The notes beneath the pieces are model-generated. The model searched no databases and was not told the DNA's origin. It worked only from the letters and a program-made list of their open reading frames with translations. From a virus (Duplodnaviria; Heunggongvirae; Uroviricota; Caudoviricetes), in IMG/VR virus record IMGVR_UViG_3300020048_006428, positions 32,001 through 96,000 of that record: a stretch of 64,000 nucleotides of DNA. The stretch is one strand, 5' to 3'. This document shows, piece by piece, positions 40,181-49,994 of this stretch. The translations under genes and the position numbers were made by a program. Position 1 is the stretch's first letter. Every line of letters starts with the position of its first letter.

Positions 40181-40810
40181 ATGAAATATATAAAATTATT
40201 TGAAAACTTTGAAAAGACTAACCCCAATGATAATATTTTAATAATTGTGGATATACAGAAGAGTTTTAAGAAATTCTTTACTGAAATTTACCTCCACAAG
40301 GTAAAGGAATATTGTAATCAATTTAAACAAGTATATCAAATTTGGGATAATCATATTGATGGTAAAAATGTAGATAAGGATTATTTATATGATGAAGATC
40401 CAACAATACCTGTTCATAGTGATTTATATGATTTTCCAAATCAAAAAGATATAATAGAAAAACGTTATAACTATAATGTTAATGTTGATTTCTATAAAAA
40501 GATTTTAGATAGTAAAACATATAAATTAATAAAATCCAAAGAAGAAAATAAGCAATTAAAAAGAGGTGACTTCTTTTATACAAAAGAAGACACTATTATT
40601 GTTTATATTGGTAATAATCATATTTGGCATCATCTTCCAAAGAAATTATATGAATTATTTAAAGATTTAAAAGGTAAAGAAGTTGTTATGATTGGTGGTG
40701 CAGATCATGAATGTTTTCTTGATATTGAAGTTGCTGCTAAATCATTAGGTGTTAAAGTTAAGAGGGATTTTAGGTTTATTTATTCTGCAACTAATTGTCC
40801 TATTAAATAA
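40181..40810 (+). CDS. Isochorismatase/cysteine-hydrolase-like protein with MKYIKLFENF leader
   Basis: LIIVDIQ, EKRY and MIGGADHECF give a D-K-C triad pattern. Confidence 0.65.
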   Translation: MKYIKLFENFEKTNPNDNILIIVDIQKSFKKFFTEIYLHKVKEYCNQFKQVYQIWDNHIDGKNVDKDYLYDEDPTIPVHSDLYDFPNQKDIIEKRYNYNVNVDFYKKILDSKTYKLIKSKEENKQLKRGDFFYTKEDTIIVYIGNNHIWHHLPKKLYELFKDLKGKEVVMIGGADHECFLDIEVAAKSLGVKVKRDFRFIYSATNCPIK

Positions 40811-41189
40811 ATCTTCCAATTTGCGCATATACTTCATAGTCAGCTATTTTTAAATATATAAACATAATATCTTGATATCTTTGTGGATCTTGTGTAAACA
40901 CAACATCTAAGTTATAATTAATATCAATTAATTCTGGTATATACAATGCAATTTGTTCGTTTATTATTGATTTTACATAAGTATCAGAAACTTTAGTTTG
41001 ATGTAACAATTCTAATAGATTAGCACCAAAATTTGGATCACCTAATACTTCACCTTTATTGGTAAATAAAACCATTTCATATTTTTGTAGGATAACACTT
41101 AATATGTCATCTTCAATTAATTCGTTTATCATATATCTTGGGTGACCTTGATATAAAATATAAAAATCTGTAAAATCTAAAGCAGCCAT
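40803..41189 (-). CDS. Baseplate wedge protein, gp25-like
   Basis: LFTNKGEVLGDPNFGANL...IALYIPE. Confidence 0.8.
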   Translation of the reverse strand: MAALDFTDFYILYQGHPRYMINELIEDDILSVILQKYEMVLFTNKGEVLGDPNFGANLLELLHQTKVSDTYVKSIINEQIALYIPELIDINYNLDVVFTQDPQRYQDIMFIYLKIADYEVYAQIGRFI

Positions 41190-41235
41190 AATTAAAAAGT
41201 TATTTTTAATATATATTAAAAAAATAGTTATTTAA

Positions 41236-41778
41236 ATGAAATATTTAAAAACTTTTAATGAATCTAAAACAGATACTTGGTTAGATAATTATACACCAGA
41301 ACAACTTGCTAAATCTATTGATCAATACTTTAATCAATTTGATGAATATAATGATAATTTAGAATCTTTATTAAAATCATATAATGATGATGATGATGAA
41401 TATGATAATCCATATGAATTTATACTTACAAGTGTTAAGAATATATTGAAAGATAGTAATTATATAGAAAATTTTCTTGATTGTATGGCATCTGTTTATG
41501 AAATTGTTCCTGATCCAAATGATGAAGTTACGGATATGGATGATATAGAAGAACATTTCCTTGATTATGAATTTAATATCACAAGATTGAAAGATGATGG
41601 TTTTAGTATATTATTATCTAATGTTAAAGTAGATGAAGTTCATAAAATATTGAAATATATATGGTATAGTGTTTTCCAAAGACTAAGAAAACATAAAATA
41701 AAAGAAGTAACTGCTATAAATTTTGATAGATATGCCACTATTAAGATAATTTTAGAACTTAAAAAAATGGTAGAATAA
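41236..41778 (+). CDS. Acidic hypothetical protein with MKYLKTFNES leader
   Basis: Leader; palindromic promoter shared with the gp25-like gene. Confidence 0.65.
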   Translation: MKYLKTFNESKTDTWLDNYTPEQLAKSIDQYFNQFDEYNDNLESLLKSYNDDDDEYDNPYEFILTSVKNILKDSNYIENFLDCMASVYEIVPDPNDEVTDMDDIEEHFLDYEFNITRLKDDGFSILLSNVKVDEVHKILKYIWYSVFQRLRKHKIKEVTAINFDRYATIKIILELKKMVE

Positions 41779-41802
41779 AAAAAGGGTAGAAATATTACAT
41801 TT

Positions 41803-42606
41803 CTATCCTTTTTTATTTATAAATGATAATATATGAGAAATTATATCAACAGTCCAACCATTACCAATATGTTTTATGGATTTTGATTTTGATAAAATTT
41901 TTGTATATCCTATTGGTAAAGTTTGTATTTTTTCACATATTTCTGGTGTGAATGATTCTTTTGTTCCATTTCTAAATATAAAGAAATTGTGTTCCCAACC
42001 ACTAGTTGTTATTGTTGGTGACTTTCCTTTATATTTTTGTACACCACCTTTATTATATCCTCTTGGATATACCCATATTCCATCATATTCGCCAATTATG
42101 TCTTTCAACATTATGTTTCTATCTTTTGGTATTTCAACATTTGGTATATTTGTCCAATAAAGTCTTTCTCTATTTTGCGCACTAACCAAACTACTGTTTA
42201 TTTTAATTGGTTCAACATCCAAATGTTGGGAAATTATATCTTGATATTCTTTTTTCATTTTATTATTTTCTAAAAGAAAATATGTTGGTTTACATTCATT
42301 TTTTATTCTAACGAATTCAAAAAATAATTTACTTCGTGGATCATCAAAATTTAATTGTTTTCCCGCAAAGCTAAAACCATGACAAGGAGATCCACCAATT
42401 AATAAATCTATCTTTGGTAATGTATTTACATTTACGTTTATAACATCACCAATCTGTATAGTATTTGGATAATTATCCTGGGTTACTTTAATTGCATATT
42501 TATCTATTTCAGAAGCAAAGTAATTATTTACTTTTATTCCTATACGTTCCAATGCTATTTGTCCACAACTAATGCCATCAAATAAACTTAATACATTTAT
42601 TCCCAT
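41803..42606 (-). CDS. dcm: DNA (cytosine-5) methyltransferase, second copy
   Basis: LSLFDG, GGSPCH, LLENN, QNRERLYW, IGNGW. Confidence 0.9.
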   Translation of the reverse strand: MGINVLSLFDGISCGQIALERIGIKVNNYFASEIDKYAIKVTQDNYPNTIQIGDVINVNVNTLPKIDLLIGGSPCHGFSFAGKQLNFDDPRSKLFFEFVRIKNECKPTYFLLENNKMKKEYQDIISQHLDVEPIKINSSLVSAQNRERLYWTNIPNVEIPKDRNIMLKDIIGEYDGIWVYPRGYNKGGVQKYKGKSPTITTSGWEHNFFIFRNGTKESFTPEICEKIQTLPIGYTKILSKSKSIKHIGNGWTVDIISHILSFINKKG

Positions 42607-43581
42607 TTAAAATAATTCTTTTATTTTACCTATTACTGTTAATCCTAATATTATTGGATCAGTATCTGTTTCTAATAACTTTTTGTGTTCTGTTATTATG
42701 CTTGCTACTTTAAATAAATTTTCTACATTTTCTTTTTTCTCAATAGAAAAATCTATAAATGGTCTTCCTAATAAATCAATCATTTCGCCTATATTATCAC
42801 CACCAAAATTATCCATTAGGAAATGATATATTTCTTCAAATGTTTTCTTTTTATCAAAAACACAATTAAATAATTCATTTTTTAATTTAATATCAACTGT
42901 TTTAGTTGAATTGTTTAAATCACCTGTTTGTTTAAAATGTTCTAATTCAATAAGAATTGCCCTAAAATCAGGAAATTTCTTATTTATTATATTTATGACA
43001 TTTTCTTTTGGTATTTCTATATTTTCAACTGGACAAATTTTATTTATTATCTTTTTGGCAATTTCTGTTTTTAAATACTTTTCTTCATCAATAGATAAGC
43101 AATCAAAATTTACTTCTGTTAATCTTGATCTTATACCATCTTCTACATCATTAATATGATTAGTTGTTAATATAAATCTTACATTTTTCTTTGAGTATTC
43201 TTCTATATATGCTTTTAGTCCATCTTGATAATTTTTTGATGTTCTTTCAAATTCATCCAAAAATACATATTTCATAGTATCTTTTGATACATCAACATTT
43301 AAATCAAGACCCATATAAACCTTAGAACAGAAATCATCAATTTTTGTTCTAAGTACATCTATTGATGTGTGAAAAGAGCTATTTATTTCTAAATATGGTG
43401 CATTCTTTAGATATTTTCCTATTAATATTCTGGCTAATGTGGTTTTGCCTGTTCCAAAATTTCCATAAAGTATAACATTTTGTGTTAAACCATTTTCAAA
43501 TATTTTCTTGATTCTTGGCAATAGTATTACGTCCTCTAAGTTTTTAGGTCGCCATCTTTCTGTTAGTAGTAGTTGTTTCAT
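42607..43581 (-). CDS. Sliding-clamp loader AAA+ subunit (T4 gp44/RFC-like)
   Basis: ERWRPK, GNFGTGKTT, LDEFE, FILTTN, IRSRL, FPDFR. Confidence 0.88.
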   Translation of the reverse strand: MKQLLLTERWRPKNLEDVILLPRIKKIFENGLTQNVILYGNFGTGKTTLARILIGKYLKNAPYLEINSSFHTSIDVLRTKIDDFCSKVYMGLDLNVDVSKDTMKYVFLDEFERTSKNYQDGLKAYIEEYSKKNVRFILTTNHINDVEDGIRSRLTEVNFDCLSIDEEKYLKTEIAKKIINKICPVENIEIPKENVINIINKKFPDFRAILIELEHFKQTGDLNNSTKTVDIKLKNELFNCVFDKKKTFEEIYHFLMDNFGGDNIGEMIDLLGRPFIDFSIEKKENVENLFKVASIITEHKKLLETDTDPIILGLTVIGKIKELF

Positions 43582-43730
43582 ATAAATTATAATAAGTATT
43601 AATCAAAAAGTTCATCTAATTTTTTGATTTTAATTTTTTATAGATGTTTGTTTAAAAAAATTTAGATTTTATATATAGATTTAATAAAAGCGAAGTGAAA
43701 AATAATATATAGATAAATTATATTTTAATA

Positions 43731-44534
43731 ATGATAGGTGAAAAATTTAATATGAACGATGTTTTCTTTAGGGATTTAACAGTTTGTTTGTTAGATACTT
43801 TAGAGGGCGAAATAAGATGGGTTAATAGATTTTCATCTGGTGATAGAGAAGTAAATGTTCCTTTCTACTATTCTATGACAGGTGATGAAAGATTTTTGAT
43901 GGATTCGTTCAGTGATGATATTGTTTCAAATAATAGATTTGTTGAAGTTAATACAGATATGATACCAAGAGGTCATTTGACTATGACTGGTTTTGATATA
44001 AGATCAGATGAATTTGCAAATCCAAATGTTTGGTTGAAAATGGTTATTGAAAATAAGGAAGAAATAAGAAAAATTTTAACAAAAATTAGAGCAATTCCAA
44101 TAACAGCAAAATATGATTTAGTTATATTACTATCATCGGAAATAGATATTTTTAAATGTAGTCAAGCAATAATGAATACTATATGGTTATATAGATTTAT
44201 GTATTTTGAATATAATTTTATGAATATAGATGCTGTTATGTTAGTTCCTGATAGTAATAGTGTTGAAATAAACAGAGAGATAAGTTTAACATCAGAAAAT
44301 ACAATAAAATTAACATTATCTTTTGAAGTTCAAACTTATTATCCAGCGTTCAGACAACCAAGATTTGATGATTCATTAACACCAGATGATAAAAATACAA
44401 CTTGGGCAAATGCATATAATTCAAATACCTATGCAATTGATCCAAATTCACCAGATGTAATAGTTTATCCAAGGAAAACTAAATGGTATAATAATATATT
44501 GGAAGCCAGGGAAAGAAATGCAACAAATGATTAA
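43731..44534 (+). CDS. Tail terminator/sheath stabiliser, T4 gp15-like
   Basis: VPFYY, PRGHLTMTG, IPITAKYDL, LSFEVQTYYP. Confidence 0.7.
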   Translation: MIGEKFNMNDVFFRDLTVCLLDTLEGEIRWVNRFSSGDREVNVPFYYSMTGDERFLMDSFSDDIVSNNRFVEVNTDMIPRGHLTMTGFDIRSDEFANPNVWLKMVIENKEEIRKILTKIRAIPITAKYDLVILLSSEIDIFKCSQAIMNTIWLYRFMYFEYNFMNIDAVMLVPDSNSVEINREISLTSENTIKLTLSFEVQTYYPAFRQPRFDDSLTPDDKNTTWANAYNSNTYAIDPNSPDVIVYPRKTKWYNNILEARERNATND

Positions 44535-44604
44535 TATCAAAAAGTGAAAAAAATGACTTTTTGTATATAATATATACATTAAAGAAAATAAAAATAATAA
44601 TTAT

Positions 44605-45888
44605 ATGAAGGATATTAAATTAGAGTTATTCAACTTTAGAAAACAACTATCTATTGATCAAGACGAAGTTTCTACAATTATTGAAGGACATATAAATGTT
44701 TGTAATGATTTGTCAGGAAAGACAATTATAAAGTCTTTGAACGAAAAATTAAAAATTTATACTTTTGATAAAGAAATTAAGGGCTTTTTAGAAAACTTAA
44801 ATAGCGATTTGTCTAAATATGAATTGTTATATGAATTAAAACATTTATATAATGTTTTAAATTCTAAAAATCAAGGTGAACTTTATAGACAGCCAATTAA
44901 TGTCTTATTACAAACTATTAATTTAGATGGTGATCAAGATAGAATGTCTAAAATATTAAATGAATTGGCTATTTATGATTGGGTTCCCGAAATTAAATTA
45001 TTTTGTTATAATTTAACAAAATCACCTGTTCAAAAACAAAATCTTTTATCAGGCGGTAAATCTGATTCAGTTTATACAATCGTTGAACAAGTTGAAGCTG
45101 GATATTTATGTCATATTAAGGATTCTTGGTTCTTATTATCTGAAAATAATATTGAAAAGACATTACTTGAAACACATGTTACAGATGATACTAAACTAAG
45201 ATCTATAAGAATGTTAGAAACTGGTTTGAGATATGCTAACATTAATAATAATAGAATTGATTTTAGAATATCTGAAAATCTAATAATTGGATTAGCTGTT
45301 AATAAAAAAGGCATCATTTATATAAACGATGATGAAATGAATAAAGAAACTACATTAGAAAGTTTATTTAGTTCCCCAATTATTCCAATTGTAAATAAGA
45401 ATTTCTTCCCAATATTATTAGAAACATCTAATAATTTAAATAAATTTGTTGAATTGGATGTTGTTAGAAAAGTAACTAATTTAATTAATCCGTTCCTTGA
45501 AACTTATGCATTCAATTATAAAAATTCAAACTATGTTTATAGATGTGATGAAAGATTCGGTACTAATTTTTTCAGATATGAATCAGCACTTGAATTAGTC
45601 AATGAAACTAAAAATGAATTGAATTATGATTTAACTTTCTTTTTTGAAAATAAATTAAGTAAAGAATTAATTTCTAAACGTAAATTAGAAGATAAAGAAA
45701 GAGAAATAACATTGAAATTAGAAGATGTTAGTTTTAATATTGATAAAGTTAAACATTCAATAAAATATATAGGTGAATCTAAAACATTATCAATTGCTTT
45801 GGAAAATCTAAACAAAAGAAAATCAAATTTAGATTCCGAACTTCTAATTATTAAAGAACTCCAATATAAGGAAAGAATTAGAAAATAA
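44605..45888 (+). CDS. Hypothetical late protein
   Basis: 427-aa ORF with late promoter motif and terminator near 45898-45930. Confidence 0.65.
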   Translation: MKDIKLELFNFRKQLSIDQDEVSTIIEGHINVCNDLSGKTIIKSLNEKLKIYTFDKEIKGFLENLNSDLSKYELLYELKHLYNVLNSKNQGELYRQPINVLLQTINLDGDQDRMSKILNELAIYDWVPEIKLFCYNLTKSPVQKQNLLSGGKSDSVYTIVEQVEAGYLCHIKDSWFLLSENNIEKTLLETHVTDDTKLRSIRMLETGLRYANINNNRIDFRISENLIIGLAVNKKGIIYINDDEMNKETTLESLFSSPIIPIVNKNFFPILLETSNNLNKFVELDVVRKVTNLINPFLETYAFNYKNSNYVYRCDERFGTNFFRYESALELVNETKNELNYDLTFFFENKLSKELISKRKLEDKEREITLKLEDVSFNIDKVKHSIKYIGESKTLSIALENLNKRKSNLDSELLIIKELQYKERIRK

Positions 45889-45971
45889 AAAATATAGAAA
45901 ATCCAAAATCATTTGATTTTGGATTTTTTTTCTTTAATATATAAGTATATAAAAAATAGAAGGATATATTT

Positions 45972-46619
45972 ATGAAATACTTAAAATTATTTGAAAACTT
46001 TAATCAATCAGAAATTGATGATATTTGTGAAAAATACAACATTAAAAACTATACCATAAATCCAGATGGATCTATTGATGTAGATGGTAATGTTGAGTTA
46101 TCTTATAGAAATTTAACTAAATTACCAATTAAATTCAATAAAATAACTGGTCATTTTAATTTATTTAGTAATAATTTAAACAACTTAGAAGGTTGTCCAA
46201 ATTATGTTGGTGGTGAGTTTGATTGTAGATATAATAAATTAACTAATTTAATAGAAAGTCCTAATTATGTTGGTGGTAAATTTAATTGTTCTTTTAATCA
46301 ATTAACCAATTTAGAAGGTTGTCCTAACCATATTGGTGAATGTTTTAATTTTTCTTCTAATCAATTGACTAGTTTAGATGGGTGTCTTAATGTTGGCAAT
46401 TATTTTAATTATTATTATACAACAAATCCAATATCACCAATAGTAGATTTATTTAATAGTATTAAGATATATTTAGATTATCAAGAAACATATAATTTTC
46501 TAAGATCTGATTCTAAAATTGTTAAACATCTTTTAGAAGAAGCTATAAAAGATTATAATGAATATTATAATAAAAAAGTAGAATTACCGGAAGAAATAAA
46601 AGAATATACTTACATATGA
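45972..46619 (+). CDS. LRR protein, paralog of 2837
   Basis: Same leader, caps and LEGCPNYVGG repeats. Confidence 0.85.
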   Translation: MKYLKLFENFNQSEIDDICEKYNIKNYTINPDGSIDVDGNVELSYRNLTKLPIKFNKITGHFNLFSNNLNNLEGCPNYVGGEFDCRYNKLTNLIESPNYVGGKFNCSFNQLTNLEGCPNHIGECFNFSSNQLTSLDGCLNVGNYFNYYYTTNPISPIVDLFNSIKIYLDYQETYNFLRSDSKIVKHLLEEAIKDYNEYYNKKVELPEEIKEYTYI

Positions 46620-47167
46620 AATACTTAAAATTATTTGAAAATTTTGATCAATCAGAAATTGATAAAATTTGTAAAAAATATAACATAAAAAACTATACCA
46701 TAAATCCAGATGGTTCTATTGATGTTGATGGTCATGTTTGGTTGGTTAATAAGGATTTAACCAAACTACCACTTAAATTTAATAGAATTTCTATGGCTTT
46801 TAATTGTTCTGGTAATAGACTAACCAGTTTAGAAGGTGTGCCTAAAGAAGTTGGTGGGTTATTTGATTGTTCTGATAATAATTTAACCAGTTTAGAAGGT
46901 TGTCCTAACTATGTTGGTGGTAGTTTTGATTATTCTTATAACCCAATATCTATAATAATAGATTTATTTAATATCGATGGTGATTATTATTCAGTTAATA
47001 ATTATTTAGATTACCAAGAAACATATAATTTTTTAAGAAAAGATGGTAAAATTGTTAAACACTTATTGGAAGAGGCATTAAAAGATTTTAATGAATATTA
47101 TCATAAAAATGTAAAATTTCCAAATGAAATAGAAGAAATAGAATCATTTGGATATACTTATATTTAA
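46616..47167 (+). CDS. LRR protein, shortest paralog
   Basis: Same leader and caps with fewer repeats; ATGA coupling. Confidence 0.85.
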   Translation: MKYLKLFENFDQSEIDKICKKYNIKNYTINPDGSIDVDGHVWLVNKDLTKLPLKFNRISMAFNCSGNRLTSLEGVPKEVGGLFDCSDNNLTSLEGCPNYVGGSFDYSYNPISIIIDLFNIDGDYYSVNNYLDYQETYNFLRKDGKIVKHLLEEALKDFNEYYHKNVKFPNEIEEIESFGYTYI

Positions 47168-47267
47168 AAAATAAACAATTTGTATAATAAATGTATAATA
47201 TCTGAAAGCATTTTCAGATATTTCTGATTTTGGAAAGACATACGTCTTAGAAAAAAAATATGCTTAT

Positions 47268-47633
47268 ATGTATTTACACAATAAAGATTTATTTATAGAA
47301 ATAATTGTCAGTAAGGCAAAAGGTAAACTTACTAATCCTGCAAAATTAATGTTGGAAATTCTTGCTAAAAGAACTATTAAAAAAATGAGATATTATAATG
47401 ATGATGATAGAAAAGATTGCTATCAATCAGGATTATTAGATATGTTTTCTAATTGGCACAATTTTAATGAAGAAAAATCTGATAACGCTTTTGCTTATTT
47501 TACAGAAATTTTCAAACGTGGATTAGCAAAAGGTTTTAACGAGATTTACAAGAAAAAAGGTGATGCGGATCATCAAATAAGATTAATATCCATTGAAAGT
47601 TCAAATGATGGAATGGGTTTACATTCAATTTAA
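47268..47633 (+). CDS. Late-transcription sigma factor, T4 gp55-like
   Basis: YLHNKDL, DCYQSGLL, NFNEEKSDNAFAYFTEI. Confidence 0.8.
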   Translation: MYLHNKDLFIEIIVSKAKGKLTNPAKLMLEILAKRTIKKMRYYNDDDRKDCYQSGLLDMFSNWHNFNEEKSDNAFAYFTEIFKRGLAKGFNEIYKKKGDADHQIRLISIESSNDGMGLHSI

Positions 47634-47666
47634 TTATATAAAAATATTTTATAACTTTTTTAAATC

Positions 47667-49175
47667 ATGATTAAGGAACAATTTATAGAAATAAAGGGAC
47701 ATAGAACCAATTTTGATTATTTTGTAAAGTTAGGTTATCCTATACAATATAAAAGACCAATATTGGTTAAAGTTGTTGATTTAATGTCGGGTTCTACTTG
47801 TGCTATTACATCAGTGTGTGATAATTGTAATAAAGAAAAGAAAACTGCATTTAGGGATTATTATGAATATACTTATGGATTAAAAGAAAAATATTATTGT
47901 AATAAATGTAATAATATTAAAAGAAAAGAAACTTGTATTGAAAAATATGGAGTTGATAATCCGATGCAAGTTGATGATATTAAAAATAAATTAAAGGATT
48001 CTTTACTCGATAAGTATGGTGTTAATCATTATTCAAAGACTGATGAATATAAAGAAAAATATAAAGAAACTTGTATTGAAAAATATGGGGTTGACAATGC
48101 TTCTAAATATCAAGATGTAAAAGAACTTATTTCTGATATTAAATTAAAATATCACAATAGTTTGGATAAATATAAAGAACTTATTTCTGATGAATATGAT
48201 ATTATTGAATATAATAAGGATAGAAATTTTACTATAAGTCATAAAAGATGTTCTTCAAATTTTGATATATTTATTGTTACATTATCAGATAGAATAAAAA
48301 ACAAAAACATAATTTGTACTAATTGTAATCCAATTGATAATTTTAATTCAAGTTCTGAAATAGAATTAAAATTATTTTTAAAAGATTGTGGGGTAGATTT
48401 CATTGAAAATTCTTATAAAATTATTCCGCCATTATCATTGGATATATTTATACCAGATCTTAACTTAGCTATTGAATTTAATGGTGTATATTGGCATTCT
48501 GAAATTTACAAAGATAAAAAGTATCATTATAATAAAACGATAAGTTGTAATAAATTAGGAATTGAATTAATACATATATGGGAAGATGATTGGAACAATA
48601 AACAAGAAATTGTTAAATCAATCTTACTGAATAAGATTAAAAAGTCAAAAAGTATTTATGCAAGAAATTGTATATTAAAAGAAGTTGAAGATGTAAAACT
48701 TATTAAGAATTTCTTGGATAAAAATCATATACAAGGATATGTAAATTCATCAATAAAAATTGGTTTATTTTATAAAGATGAATTGGTTAGTTTGATGTGT
48801 TTTGGAAAGAAAAAGAAAAATATGGAATTAGTTAGATTCTGTAATATATTAGGATTTAATATAGTAGGTGCTGCTTCTAAATTATTTAAATACTTTATTA
48901 AGAATTATAATTTCAATTATATAGAATCGTTTAGTGATAATGCGATGTTTAATGGTAATTTATATACCAATTTAGGATTTAAATTTGTCTATAATACACC
49001 AATAAATTATTGGTGGGTTGTTGGAAGCATTAGAAAACACAGATTCAATTTTAATAAAAAAACATTAGTTAAAAATGGTTTTGATGAAAATAAGAGCGAA
49101 AGTGAAATAATGAATGAACGTGGATATTATAGAATATGGGGGTGTGGATTAAAAAAATGGGTATACTTAAAATAA
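47667..49175 (+). CDS. Hef-like putative homing endonuclease
   Basis: Zn ribbon, KYGVDN repeats, LDIFIPDLNLAIEFNGVYWHS, WEDDW, ELVRFCN, RIWGCG. Confidence 0.75.
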   Translation: MIKEQFIEIKGHRTNFDYFVKLGYPIQYKRPILVKVVDLMSGSTCAITSVCDNCNKEKKTAFRDYYEYTYGLKEKYYCNKCNNIKRKETCIEKYGVDNPMQVDDIKNKLKDSLLDKYGVNHYSKTDEYKEKYKETCIEKYGVDNASKYQDVKELISDIKLKYHNSLDKYKELISDEYDIIEYNKDRNFTISHKRCSSNFDIFIVTLSDRIKNKNIICTNCNPIDNFNSSSEIELKLFLKDCGVDFIENSYKIIPPLSLDIFIPDLNLAIEFNGVYWHSEIYKDKKYHYNKTISCNKLGIELIHIWEDDWNNKQEIVKSILLNKIKKSKSIYARNCILKEVEDVKLIKNFLDKNHIQGYVNSSIKIGLFYKDELVSLMCFGKKKKNMELVRFCNILGFNIVGAASKLFKYFIKNYNFNYIESFSDNAMFNGNLYTNLGFKFVYNTPINYWWVVGSIRKHRFNFNKKTLVKNGFDENKSESEIMNERGYYRIWGCGLKKWVYLK

Positions 49176-49325
49176 GTATATATTTTTCTAAATTACCTAG
49201 CTACATAGATACATATTTAAATAGGTTAAAGGAAATGGCAAAGGATATTGATATTAAAGGTGATATTACAATTGAAAAAATATAATTTCTTTTTAATATA
49301 TACATAAAAATAAATAATTAATTAT

Positions 49326-49634
49326 ATGAAAAACGTAAGAAGATTTAATGAAGAATGGTCAGATGGTTATGATGATGACCAAAAAAGATATGTTCCAGAT
49401 GGGGTTTGGGATTTAGAAGACATTTTAGTATTTGAAGATGAAGATGAAATTTCAGAATATCCCGATTATGCTATTGCTGCACCATATGATACAGATGCAA
49501 GAATATATTTATCAAGAAAACCAACAAAAAGTGTAAATTTTACAGATTTTGCATTGAGTTTTGAAGGACATGGAACTTGTGCTATGATAGAAAACTGTCC
49601 TAAAAGAATTTTAATTTTGGGTGGAAATGATTAA
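49326..49634 (+). CDS. Acidic hypothetical protein with MKNVRRFNEE leader
   Basis: Leader variant; late promoter motif. Confidence 0.6.
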   Translation: MKNVRRFNEEWSDGYDDDQKRYVPDGVWDLEDILVFEDEDEISEYPDYAIAAPYDTDARIYLSRKPTKSVNFTDFALSFEGHGTCAMIENCPKRILILGGND

Positions 49635-49688
49635 ACTTTTTTAAAATTACTAATACAAACCATATTAATAATTTTAAAAATATATAAT

Positions 49689-49994
49689 ATGAAAGCATTT
49701 ATTCAATTTTGGGAAGAATCTGAACTAGGTTGTGGTGTTAGACCAGATGGTTGTTCACTTCATTTAGAAGAAATCCATTATAAAAAATTTATAAAATCTG
49801 TATATTCAAAACGGGATAATGTAGTTCCAAATGAATATGATAGAATAAAAGGTGATTTATTAGAAGTTGAAATATCAAAAAGTCTTTTTGATGAATTGTT
49901 ATTAAATGATGGTTCATTAAGATTACCACAACATTCAACCAATAATCTTATAAATTTTGGTGAAATAAAATTAGAAAATGAATTAAATGATTAG
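49689..49994 (+). CDS. Hypothetical protein
   Basis: WEESELGCGVRPDGCSLH motif. Confidence 0.6.
   Translation: MKAFIQFWEESELGCGVRPDGCSLHLEEIHYKKFIKSVYSKRDNVVPNEYDRIKGDLLEVEISKSLFDELLLNDGSLRLPQHSTNNLINFGEIKLENELND

Noticed and set aside
2837-47167. Diversity-generating retroelement acting on the LRR genes
   Set aside because: No reverse transcriptase or template/variable repeat pair with adenine-specific differences seen in this window.
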